From Candidatus Methanomethylophilaceae archaeon (lineage in GTDB: Archaea; Thermoplasmatota; Thermoplasmata; Methanomassiliicoccales; Methanomethylophilaceae), in the NCBI GenBank assembly GCA_944320495.1, contig CALUHR010000001.1, positions 21,697 to 85,696 on the forward strand: 64,000 nt of DNA. The letters run 5' to 3'. Positions 52,152-61,104 of the stretch are shown here, piece by piece. Under the pieces are notes generated by a model. The model did not search any database and was not told where the DNA came from. It saw only the letters and a program-made list of their open reading frames with translations. Each line of letters starts with the position of its first letter. The stretch's first letter is position 1. The translations under genes were made by a program, and so were the position numbers.

Positions 52152-53966
52152 ATGTCGGATCTACTGTCAGACGGGGGGAGGAGACTCCTCCTGGGGAACG
52201 AGGCTATCGTCCGCGGTCTGTTCGAGGCGGGCGCAGGATTCGCCTCCACGTATCCCGGGACCCCCTCCTCCGAGATCGGGAACCTCCTGGAGGCCCTGTC
52301 CGCGGACGCGGGCATGTACTTCGAGTTCTCCGATAACGAGAAGGTGGCGATGGAGGTCTCCGCCGCCGCCGCATCCGCGGGGGTACGCTCGTTCGTTTTC
52401 ATGAAGCACGTCGGCCTCAACGTCGCGGCCGACCCGATGATGACCCTGGCCTACTCCGGTGTCAGGGCGGGCATGCTCATCCTCACCGCCGACGACCCGT
52501 CGGCCCACAGCTCCCAGAACGAGCAGGACAACAGGTTCTACGCGAAGCTGTCCCTCCTGCCGATGGTGGAGCCTTCCACACCGATGGAGGCCAAGGCCAT
52601 GGTCCCGGAGGCCTACCGCATCTCCGAGGAGCTCGGCCTGCCGGTGATCTTCAGGACCACCACCAGGGTCAACCACGCCCGTGCTCCCGTCGAGTTCGGC
52701 CAGAGGGCCGAGCCCAGAACCAAGGGCCATTTCGACAGGGACTTCGTCCGCTTCGTCAACATCCCCGCCAACGCGAGGGTCAACAGGAAGAGGCTCCTCC
52801 AGCTCAACGAGAGGGCCCTGGAGATGTCCGAGTCCTCCAGCCTCAACTTCGTCGAGGGCGAGGGGGACGTCGGCGTGATCACCTCCGGCGTGTCCTACAC
52901 CTACGTGAAGGAGGCACTGAAGGGCGTCTCCATCCTGAAGCTAGGATTCACGCATCCCGTGCCCGAGAGGATGGTGGCCGACTTCGTCCGTGGCAAGAAG
53001 TCCATCATCGTCGTGGAGGAGCTCGACCCGTACCTGGAGGACGAGGTCCTCAGGATCTGCGCCCAGAACGGCCTCTCGGTCCCCGTCTTCGGGAAGAGGT
53101 CCGGACACCTCCCCTATGCATGGGAGTACTCGCCGGACACCCTGAAGGGCGTGGCCGATATCGCCGAAGTGACGGAGTTCAGGGAGCCCATGCCCCAGCC
53201 GGACATCAAGCTCCCGGCTAGGCCCCCGACGCTGTGCGCCGGATGCCCCCACAGGGGTATCTTCGCGGCCACCAAGAGGGCAGTCGGCAACAGGGACGTC
53301 GTCTACTGCTCGGACATCGGATGCTACACCCTCGGCGGTTCCCCGCCGTTCAACGAGGCCGACTTCATCATCTGCATGGGAGGCGGCGCCGGAGCTGCCG
53401 GAGGATTCGCCCAGACCACCGACCAGCTGCCCATAGCGTTCATGGGAGACTCCACGTTCTTCCATTCCGGTGTCAACCCGCTGATCAACGCCCTGTTCAA
53501 CGATCACAAGATCGTCATGGTGGTGCTCGACAACCGCACCACCGCCATGACCGGGCACCAGCCCAACCCCGGCACCGGCAGGGAGTTCGGAGGGATCACC
53601 ACCGAGCCCCTGGACATCGAGGCCATCGCCCGCGGGGTGGGGGCCAAGTTCGTCAGGACCGTGGATCCCTACGATGTGAAGGCCGCCACCGAGGTCATGA
53701 AGGAAGCGATTGAGTACGACGGCGTCGCCGTCGTGATCTCCAAGCAGGCCTGCCCCCTGGAGCTCAAGAAGCGCAGGATGCTCGCCGCGAGGACCTGCGA
53801 GGTGGACCAGGAGCTGTGCATCCAGTGTTTCAACTGCCTGCGCACCATAGCATGTCCGGCGCTGATCAAGAGGGACGGTCTCGTGGAGACCGATCCCACC
53901 CAGTGCATCGGGTGCGGCATGTGTGCGAACGTCTGTCCCAAGCACGCCATAGGGGTGAAGAAGTGA
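52152..53966 (+). CDS. iorA: Indolepyruvate:ferredoxin oxidoreductase alpha subunit
   Basis: GNEAI, YPGTPSSE, MKHVGLNVAAD, RPPTLCAGCPHR, SDIGC, GDSTFFHSG, 2x[4Fe-4S] C-terminus. Confidence 0.95.
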   Translation: MSDLLSDGGRRLLLGNEAIVRGLFEAGAGFASTYPGTPSSEIGNLLEALSADAGMYFEFSDNEKVAMEVSAAAASAGVRSFVFMKHVGLNVAADPMMTLAYSGVRAGMLILTADDPSAHSSQNEQDNRFYAKLSLLPMVEPSTPMEAKAMVPEAYRISEELGLPVIFRTTTRVNHARAPVEFGQRAEPRTKGHFDRDFVRFVNIPANARVNRKRLLQLNERALEMSESSSLNFVEGEGDVGVITSGVSYTYVKEALKGVSILKLGFTHPVPERMVADFVRGKKSIIVVEELDPYLEDEVLRICAQNGLSVPVFGKRSGHLPYAWEYSPDTLKGVADIAEVTEFREPMPQPDIKLPARPPTLCAGCPHRGIFAATKRAVGNRDVVYCSDIGCYTLGGSPPFNEADFIICMGGGAGAAGGFAQTTDQLPIAFMGDSTFFHSGVNPLINALFNDHKIVMVVLDNRTTAMTGHQPNPGTGREFGGITTEPLDIEAIARGVGAKFVRTVDPYDVKAATEVMKEAIEYDGVAVVISKQACPLELKKRRMLAARTCEVDQELCIQCFNCLRTIACPALIKRDGLVETDPTQCIGCGMCANVCPKHAIGVKK

Positions 53967-54553
53967 AGTACACAATCCAGATCGTGGGGGTCGGGGGACA
54001 GGGAGTCCTCCTGGCTTCGAACGTCCTGGGCACGGCGGCCATGAACGCCGGCCACAGGGTCATGATGAGCGAGGTCCATGGGATGGCCCAGAGGGGAGGG
54101 AGCGTCCTGTCCACCGTCAGATTCGGGGACGAGGTGTACAGCCCTCTCGAGGCAGAGGGAGGCGCCGACCTCATCCTGGGATTCGAGCCCGCCGAGACCG
54201 TCAGGAGCCTCCATCTCGGTAACGGGTCCTCGTCCATCGTGATGAACCTGGATCCCGTGCTGCCCTCGATGGTGGCCGCGGGGTTCGACGAGTATCCCGA
54301 TGTGGGATCGCTCGTGGAAGCGGTGAGGTCCGTCAATCCCAACGTCGTGACCCTCGATGCCACCAAGCTGGCCATCGAGGCCGGCAAGGCGGTCGCGGCA
54401 AACGCCGTCATGATCGGCGCCGTCGCCGCCATGAAGGACATCCCGCTCACCAGGGATCAGCTCAGAGACGCGCTCATCGCGTCCGTTCCAGAGAAGTTCA
54501 GGGACCTGAACCTCAAGGCCTTCGACCTCGGGTTCATGGCCATCCAGAACTGA
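53963..54553 (+). CDS. iorB: Indolepyruvate:ferredoxin oxidoreductase beta subunit
   Basis: GVGGQG, EVHGMAQRGGSV, N.VMIGA. GTGA overlap. Confidence 0.93.
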   Translation: MKYTIQIVGVGGQGVLLASNVLGTAAMNAGHRVMMSEVHGMAQRGGSVLSTVRFGDEVYSPLEAEGGADLILGFEPAETVRSLHLGNGSSSIVMNLDPVLPSMVAAGFDEYPDVGSLVEAVRSVNPNVVTLDATKLAIEAGKAVAANAVMIGAVAAMKDIPLTRDQLRDALIASVPEKFRDLNLKAFDLGFMAIQN

Positions 54554-54560
54554 GGAAACC

Positions 54561-54584
54561 GGGTCGGGGGACCCCCCCCGGCCC
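54561..54584. terminator. GC hairpin between convergent iorB and cdd
   Basis: GGGTCGGGGG/CCCCCGGCCC stem. Confidence 0.55.
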
Positions 54585-54586
54585 AT

Positions 54587-54979
54587 TCAGTCCCCTGTTT
54601 TCATCGCATCCCACCTCATGGGGAGAAGCTCGCGGAGCGTCATGGCGGAATCGTTCGTCACGGCCACCTCCGCCTCCAGGTTCCCGTGGTCGATCTGGCT
54701 GAGGAGCTCCCTGCACCTTCCGCACGGCGGGATGACCCTGCCGTCCTTGTACACGGTGGCGATGCGGACGACCCTCGTGCGACCGGTTCCGAGCATGGCC
54801 GCAACCGCAGCGTGCTCCGCGCAGAAGCCCATGGAGCATGGGACGTCGATGTTCACGCCGGTGAATATCTCGCCGTCGGACGTCTCGAGGGCGCATCCGA
54901 CCAATCCCGATTCGCCGTCGCGGAAGCTGATCGGGATGCGAGCATCCGATGCCCTGGCAATGAGCGATTGCATGTCCAT
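54587..54979 (-). CDS. cdd: Cytidine deaminase (small CAE/PCGxC type)
   Basis: VGCAL, TGVN, CAEHAAV, PPCGRCRE, LRELLP. Confidence 0.85.
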   Translation of the reverse strand: MDMQSLIARASDARIPISFRDGESGLVGCALETSDGEIFTGVNIDVPCSMGFCAEHAAVAAMLGTGRTRVVRIATVYKDGRVIPPCGRCRELLSQIDHGNLEAEVAVTNDSAMTLRELLPMRWDAMKTGD

Positions 54980-55077
54980 GGGAGGCAGAATGTCGGACGC
55001 CTACGTCTAGGTGTCGGAGCATAAGATAGGAGGTGCAGAGGGGCGACGCCCCTCTGCGTGGGGGAGAAAATCCTGAA

Positions 55078-55779
55078 TCAGGCGCTGATGAGAGTCTCTA
55101 TCGGATAGGACGCCTTCGGCCTGGGTGTCTCGTCGGCCTGCACGGGCACGGACTTGGCGCGCCTGAAGATGGCCGCGATGGTGTCGACGTTGGCCAGGAC
55201 GTGGGCCCTGATGCTGATGTTGACCTCTCCGAATGCCTGGGGCATCGTGAGATCGGGCATCCTGAGGAGCACCTTGTCGTTGTCCACGAGGAGTGTGTTC
55301 TCGCAGATGGACCTGATGTGCTCCCAGCCCTTCCTGGCGACGTCCTTCCTGTCCCCCTCGATCATGAAGGGGCTGATGCCGATCGCGAAGGTCATGGCAC
55401 CTTGGGACTGAGCCGCGTCGATGACGACGGGCATGGCCCCTGTTCCGGTGCCTCCTCCGAGTCCGGCGATGACGAAGACGGCGTCGTATCCCGTGAGGGC
55501 GGAGCGTATCTCCTCCTCGTGGATGTCGGCGCACCTCTTCCCGATGACCGCGTCTCCCTTCGCGCCCTCGCCGTGCAGGACCTGCCTGCAGATGTAGATC
55601 TTGGTGTCGGCGCTGGTGCTGTGGAGCGCGTCCTTGTCGGTGTTGATAGCAATGGTGTCCACCGGGCAGCATGCCTCGTAGAACGAGCTGACGACGTTGC
55701 ATCCAGCTCCGCCCACGCCGACTACTGCCACGCGCGGCTCGGCCGCGATGTCCATTCCCTGTTCGTTCATTTTGCTCAC
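55078..55779 (-). CDS. Short FtsZ/tubulin-family GTPase-domain protein (no C-terminal subdomain)
   Basis: VVGVGGAGCN, AINTD, AGLGGGTGTG, DNDK. Only 233 aa. Confidence 0.85.
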   Translation of the reverse strand: MSKMNEQGMDIAAEPRVAVVGVGGAGCNVVSSFYEACCPVDTIAINTDKDALHSTSADTKIYICRQVLHGEGAKGDAVIGKRCADIHEEEIRSALTGYDAVFVIAGLGGGTGTGAMPVVIDAAQSQGAMTFAIGISPFMIEGDRKDVARKGWEHIRSICENTLLVDNDKVLLRMPDLTMPQAFGEVNISIRAHVLANVDTIAAIFRRAKSVPVQADETPRPKASYPIETLISA

Positions 55780-55867
55780 CCAATGGCTCTTTCTGTCGGT
55801 GAAATCGTTTGGCCAGCACCGTACCGGCCTCTGCCGGAGGCAGTCCCATCCGGCCGGCCGGTGCTAT

Positions 55868-56295
55868 GTTGTTTCCCATCCCTTGGTTTCTTCACTTGAG
55901 TGCAGCGTTCCTCTGTGCGGTCCTGAAGGAGTCGGCTACCGCCTCCTCCTCGACCGTCGCAGGCACGATCCTGTCCAGGACGCACTTGCGGACGAACTCC
56001 TCCTCGCTCAGGCATATGCCGCGCTGGACGAGGCCCTGGAGAGCGTCCATCTGGAGGTCGCTGAAGCGGACGAAGATCCCGCTTCCAGACGCGACGGTTC
56101 CACCGTTCCTCTGGGAGTCGATGTATCCCTTGATCGCGTCGCGGATGAAGTCGGACCTGTTGCCGATGTCATGCTCATCCATGAAGTCCTCCATCATCTG
56201 GATGACCTCCGGTCCCATCCTGAGCGTGACCTTGGTTCCTTCGTCCGTCATTCTCCATCCCTTTCCTCGCAAGAGAGAGTTGTTTCCCATCCCTT
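55868..56295 (-). repeat. Two exact 17-bp direct repeats AAGGGATGGGAAACAAC (55868-55884, 56279-56295)
   Basis: Read directly. One copy lies in each leader of the RHH and FtsZ-like genes. Confidence 0.85.
55892..56251 (-). CDS. Ribbon-helix-helix (CopG/CdrS-like) regulator
   Basis: KVTLRM...MEDFM......NRSDFIRDAI. Upstream of the FtsZ-like gene. ATG 56251 follows an in-frame CGA. Confidence 0.85.
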   Translation of the reverse strand: MTDEGTKVTLRMGPEVIQMMEDFMDEHDIGNRSDFIRDAIKGYIDSQRNGGTVASGSGIFVRFSDLQMDALQGLVQRGICLSEEEFVRKCVLDRIVPATVEEEAVADSFRTAQRNAALK

Positions 56296-56314
56296 CTCAC
56301 TTGCAAGTAGTCTA

Positions 56315-56600
56315 TGTCCGACGATGTATTTAAAACTGTCTTACATGGTCGGACATTGTCCGACAAGTCCTGAGGACAGGGGAAACGATCCCCGTCCGTC
56401 GGACATGCCGTATTCCGACCATGCAAGGAGGAAAAATCGGCCGAAACCGCTCCTCCTTTTAATAAAGAGATGCGGAGGATATAGATAAACATGGCGAAAT
56501 CGGCCCGTCGTACCTGTCGGACAGACCGTCTTACGCCATACGGTCGGCTCCGCACCGTCGGACATGCTTGCGCTCGTCGGACGGCATTGTTTCCTCCGAC
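56315..56600. promoter_or_regulatory. Array of GTCGGACA octamers including perfect palindrome GTCGGACA-T-TGTCCGAC in the divergent RHH/leuS intergenic region
   Basis: Exact copies at 56315, 56348, 56357, 56398, 56516, 56557; partials at 56576 and 56595. They flank TATTTAAA. Confidence 0.7.
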
Positions 56601-56687
56601 GGGCCCAGCCAGTTCGGCCGTCGGCCCGCTCTCCACGACACCTATTAATGCTATATCCTAATCGCGTGCGCATAGAGGGTACACCAG

Positions 56688-59570
56688 ATGACCGACTACG
56701 GTAGCATGGAGGCCAAATGGCAGGCACGCTGGCAGGAGGCGGGCCTCGACAAGGCCGAGAGGATTGACGGCAAGCCCAAGTTCATGATCATATTCGCCTA
56801 CCCCGGCGTTACGGGGTATCTCCACGTCGGACATCTGCGCGGCTACACGTACGTCGATGCCATCGGCAGATACAAGCGCATGACGGGCTACAACGTACTC
56901 TTCCCCGTGGGAACCCATGCCACCGGCAACGGAGGCATCAGCCTCGCCACCAAGATCGCCCGCAGGGACGAGAAGACCATAGATTACCTCCTCAGGAACG
57001 GATGCCCGGAGGACAAGATCCCCGAGCTCGAGAAGCCGATGTCCGTCATCGAGTTCTTCAACGACGTGTACGTCAACGAGTACTGGAAGAGATTCGGCTT
57101 CCTTGCTGACTGGAGGAGGTTCACCTGCACCCTGTACCCGGACTACGGCAAGTTCATACAGTGGCAGTTCCACAAGCTCAAGGATGCCGGTCTGCTGATT
57201 CAGAAGCCCTACTACGCGCCGTTCTGCCCCAACTGTGGGCCGGTAGCCGTCGATCCCTCCGAGACAGACATCTCCAAGGGCGGAAGGGCTGAGACGCAGG
57301 AGTACACCCTGCTCAAGTTCAGGCACGGCGATGAGTTCCTCGTGGCCGCCACCCTCAGGCCCGAGACCGTGTACGGCCAGGTATGCTTCTGGGTCAATCC
57401 CGAGGTGGAGTACAGGAGGATCAGGAAGGACGGCGAGACATGGATCGTCTCCCCGCAGGCCGCCGAGAAGCTGACCCTCCAGAAGGACGGCATCGAGGAG
57501 GTCGGCACCATACCCGGCTCCGAGATGATCGGCTGGATGTGCGAGGCCCCCATGATCCACCGCGAGATCCCCGTGTTCCCCGCGTCGTTCTGCAACCCCG
57601 ATGTCGGCACCGGGCTGGTCACCTCCGTTCCGTCCGACGCACCCGACGACTGGATCTCCCTCGAGGCGGTCAAGAAGGACCCTTCCCTGAAGGAGAAGTA
57701 CGGACTCACCCAGGAGCTGATCGACTCCGTCGTTCCGATATCGATCATCGACATCAAGGGATACGGAGACTTCCCGGCCAAGGACATGATCGAGCGCCTG
57801 GGCATCACCGCGCCCGGAGACCCGAAGCTCGTGGAGGCCAAGAAGCAGGTCTACAAGGACGGCTACCACATGGGCCGCATGAAGGACGTCTGCGGAGAGT
57901 TCGCCGGCATGCGCGTCGATGAGGCCAAAGACAAGATGCGCCAGGCCATGATCGACGCCGGCGAGGCCGAGCCCTTCCACGACCTCTCGGAGGAGGTTGT
58001 CTGCAGGTGCGGCGCCCGCGTCCACATCAGGAGGATCGACGACCAGTGGTTCATCAACTACGGCGATGCAGACCTGACGGAGAGGACCAAGGCCCACGCC
58101 AAGGAAATGGACCTCAACCCGCCCGAGTTCTCAGAGAACGTGCAGGGCATCCTGGACTGGTTCAGGGAGAGGGCCTGCGTCAGGCTGGGCAACTGGCTCG
58201 GGACCAGGTTCCCCTTCGATGAGAAGTGGATCATCGAGGCCATCTCAGACTCCACGCTCTATCCCATCTACTACACGATCTCGCTCTACGCCAATGACCA
58301 CAGGATCGAGCCCGAGCAGATGACCTTGGAGTTCTTCGACTACGTGGTGCTCGGAAAGGGCGACATCTCCGGTGTGTCCAAGTCCACCGGCGTGTCCGAG
58401 GAGCTTCTGGACAGGATCAGGAAGGACGTCCTCTACTGGTATCCGCTGGACATCAACCTGGGCGGCAAGGAGCACATGACCGTCCACTTCCCGGCGTTCC
58501 TGTTCAATCACATGGCCATCCTGCCCGACGAGATGCAGCCCCGCGGCATCACCGTCAACTGGTATGTCACCGGCAAGAACAGCGACAAGATCTCCAAGTC
58601 CAAGGGAGGGGCCCAGCCCATCCCCGGCGCGGCGGCCAAGTTCGGCGTCGACGCCATGCGCCTCTACTACGCCCACGTCGCATCCATGTTCGTGGACGTG
58701 GAGTGGAGCGAGGAGACCGTCCTAACCTACAGGCAGAGGGTCGACAGGGTGTTCGGCGCCGTCACGGAGCTCATCTCCAGGGAGTCCGATGCCCCGGCCG
58801 GCGAGATCGACGCCTGGCTGCTCTCCAGGTTCAACCGCCATCTCGCCGAGATCCGCACCGCCATGGAGAGGTACGACCTGAGGCAGATGTGCACCACCGT
58901 CTACTTCGACATGCTCAACGACATCCGCTGGTACACTAGACGCGGAGGCTCCTGCAGGGCCACCATCGATGCCGCCCTGAGGATCTGGATACAGGCCATG
59001 ATGCCCGTCACACCACACACCGCCGAGGAGCTGTGGGAGAGCGCCGGGTTCGACGGGCTCGTGTCCGCCGGTCAGCTGCCGGAGCCCGACAGGTCCGTCA
59101 TCTCCGCCGCGTCAGAGCACGGTGAGGACATGATCCGCGACGTGATGTCCGACATCACCGAGATCAGGAAGATCGCCGGCATCGAGGCGAAGCGCGTCGT
59201 GCTGTACACGTCCCCGGAGTGGAAGAGGGAGGTCATGAGGCGTGCGGCCGCCATGCGCGAATCCGGTGAGCTCAGCGTCCCCGCCCTCACCAAGGCGTGC
59301 ATGACCGACGAGGCCATCAAGAGGAACGGGAAGGCCGCATCCGAGCTCGCCAAGAAGGTCGCCATCGACTTCTCCAGGTCCGAGTCCGGCGCCTGGGAGC
59401 CCGTGTACTCCACCGACGAGTTCGCCCTGCTCGACGGCGCCAAGGGATTCCTGTCCGATGAGATCGGTCTCGAGGTCGACGTGCTCTCCGCCGATGCGGA
59501 GGACGTCTACGACCCTCAGAAGAAGGCCAGGGCCGCCGCCCCCGGAAGGCCCGCCATCCTGCTGGAGTGA
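56688..59570 (+). CDS. leuS: Leucyl-tRNA synthetase (archaeal type)
   Basis: FAYP..TGYLHVGH (HIGH-like), LRPET, GTGLVTSVPSDAPDD editing domain, KISKSKG (KMSKS-like). Confidence 0.96.
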   Translation: MTDYGSMEAKWQARWQEAGLDKAERIDGKPKFMIIFAYPGVTGYLHVGHLRGYTYVDAIGRYKRMTGYNVLFPVGTHATGNGGISLATKIARRDEKTIDYLLRNGCPEDKIPELEKPMSVIEFFNDVYVNEYWKRFGFLADWRRFTCTLYPDYGKFIQWQFHKLKDAGLLIQKPYYAPFCPNCGPVAVDPSETDISKGGRAETQEYTLLKFRHGDEFLVAATLRPETVYGQVCFWVNPEVEYRRIRKDGETWIVSPQAAEKLTLQKDGIEEVGTIPGSEMIGWMCEAPMIHREIPVFPASFCNPDVGTGLVTSVPSDAPDDWISLEAVKKDPSLKEKYGLTQELIDSVVPISIIDIKGYGDFPAKDMIERLGITAPGDPKLVEAKKQVYKDGYHMGRMKDVCGEFAGMRVDEAKDKMRQAMIDAGEAEPFHDLSEEVVCRCGARVHIRRIDDQWFINYGDADLTERTKAHAKEMDLNPPEFSENVQGILDWFRERACVRLGNWLGTRFPFDEKWIIEAISDSTLYPIYYTISLYANDHRIEPEQMTLEFFDYVVLGKGDISGVSKSTGVSEELLDRIRKDVLYWYPLDINLGGKEHMTVHFPAFLFNHMAILPDEMQPRGITVNWYVTGKNSDKISKSKGGAQPIPGAAAKFGVDAMRLYYAHVASMFVDVEWSEETVLTYRQRVDRVFGAVTELISRESDAPAGEIDAWLLSRFNRHLAEIRTAMERYDLRQMCTTVYFDMLNDIRWYTRRGGSCRATIDAALRIWIQAMMPVTPHTAEELWESAGFDGLVSAGQLPEPDRSVISAASEHGEDMIRDVMSDITEIRKIAGIEAKRVVLYTSPEWKREVMRRAAAMRESGELSVPALTKACMTDEAIKRNGKAASELAKKVAIDFSRSESGAWEPVYSTDEFALLDGAKGFLSDEIGLEVDVLSADAEDVYDPQKKARAAAPGRPAILLE

Positions 59571-59574
59571 TGGG

Positions 59575-60030
59575 ATGTTCATAGACATCGCTCGCTCCAG
59601 GCACAGCTGCAGGTCCTACACGGAGGCGCCCCTGTCGGACGAGCAGGTCCGCCTGATTATGGAGGCCGGCGAGCTCGCCCCCTCCTCCAGGGACCTCCAT
59701 CCAGTGAGGCTCATCCCCGTGTCGGACATCCCGACGATCAGGAGGCTGGCCGGATGCAAGGACCATGGCGCCGAGCCCCTGCGCGGGGCGACCTTCGCCG
59801 TCGTCGTTGCAGCAGACGAGGGGAAGGCCGACACATGGCTGGAGGACGCATCAATCGCATCCATTATGATGCAGCTGGAGGCGGAGGACCTCGGGATCGG
59901 CTCGTGCTGGATCCAGATCCACCTCAGGTCCCTGGGCGACCGTCCCGCGGAGGACGTCGTCAGGGAGATCATGGGTCTGGAGGACGGCACCAGGGTGCTG
60001 TCCGTCATCTCCTTCGGAAGGAAGGCATGA
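59575..60030 (+). CDS. Nitroreductase family protein
   Basis: RHSCRSY, LAPSS, DASIA, LGIGSCWI. Confidence 0.9.
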   Translation: MFIDIARSRHSCRSYTEAPLSDEQVRLIMEAGELAPSSRDLHPVRLIPVSDIPTIRRLAGCKDHGAEPLRGATFAVVVAADEGKADTWLEDASIASIMMQLEAEDLGIGSCWIQIHLRSLGDRPAEDVVREIMGLEDGTRVLSVISFGRKA

Positions 60031-60548
60031 TCGTCGAGCCCCTGCATCCCCAGGACGTCGAGGCCGCTCGGTCGCTGTATCTGGATGCGTTCCCGGAGTA
60101 CGAGCGCGCGGAATGGGAAGCTCTCGTCAACAATTCGGGATGGGGGGATGCAGAGCTGCTCGGGATATACGATGCCGGCCTTGCGGGCATCTCGTATGTG
60201 ATATTCGACGAGACGTTCCTCTTCGTCCTCTATCTCGCCATCGAACCCTCCCGCAGGGGGACGGGCGTGGGCTCCGGGGCATTACGCATCATCGAGAGCA
60301 TGTATTCCCATGGCAGGACATTCCTCAACGTAGAGCCCACGGACGAGGCCTGCGACAATCCCGAGCAGCGTTTACGCAGGGTGGCCTTCTACGAGCGCTG
60401 CGGTTACTCCGCAGCATGGAAGCTCGTCATCGACGAGAACGAGAAGTACACGGTCATGTGCAAAGGGGTCCCGATAACCCCTGACGAGATGGAATCCTTC
60501 AGGGTCAGGCACGGCTTCTCAAGACTGTTCGGGCATCAGGGGGAACGA
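60027..60548 (+). CDS. GNAT acetyltransferase; ends at CGA 60546-60548
   Basis: YLAIEPSRRGTGVGS, RRVAFYERCGY. ATGA overlap at the start. Confidence 0.85.
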
Positions 60549-60555
60549 TCCGACG

Positions 60556-61104
60556 TCGTTTCCATCTCTCATACAGTGAGTGCTCGATCCCGACCTGGTC
60601 CAGGCACCTGCCCACGACTATGTCCACGATGTCGCTGACGGTCCTGGGTCTGGGATAGAACCCCGGGTTGGCATCGACGATCGTGACGCCCAGTCTAGCG
60701 AGCTTCAGTTCGTTCTCCAGCATGATGGCGCTCTTGGGCGTCTCCCTGACCAGCAGGACGAGCCTCCTGTTCTCCTTTATGCACACCGATGCCGCACGGG
60801 ATATGAGGGTGTCGGCTATGCCGTTGGCGAACTTGGCAACGGAAGATTCGCTGCACGGGGCGACGAACATCGCTTCGTAGCGGAAGCTTCCGGATGCGAT
60901 AGAGGCGAACATCTCGTCGTCGGAGAAGACCTGGTCGGCCATGGACTCGACCTGTTCGACCGTGTAGTCGGTCTCGGCGGGGATGATCTCCCTGGCGGTG
61001 CGGGACATGACGAGTATCCTCTCGCCCTTCAGCTCCTGAAGGAGCCTTATCCCGTAGATGGCACCGGATGCGCCCGATATGGCGACGACGTACCTCACGA
61101 CCAT
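60556..61104 (-). CDS. ubiX: Flavin prenyltransferase; ends at CGA 60556-60558
   Basis: ISGASGAIYG, IASGS, APCS, RAA.V.IKE.R.LVL..RETP, PGFY, terminal RW. Confidence 0.92.

Noticed and set aside
54587-54979. Cytidine deaminase as the C-to-U editor of CGA codons
   Set aside because: It is a small free-nucleoside-type enzyme with no RNA-binding domain; proximity alone is not evidence.
55868-56600. CRISPR array or replication origin
   Set aside because: Repeats are short and irregularly spaced with no unique 30-40 nt spacers or cas genes. No cdc6/orc1 and no clear ORB consensus.
529-60558. Systematic T-to-C sequencing error (e.g. at modified GATC) as the cause of the CGA stops
   Set aside because: 7/18 are CGATC but 11 are not. 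Intact TGATC stops exist (paaK1, srp54) and many ATGA starts are undamaged. Considered unlikely, but a raw-read check is still needed.
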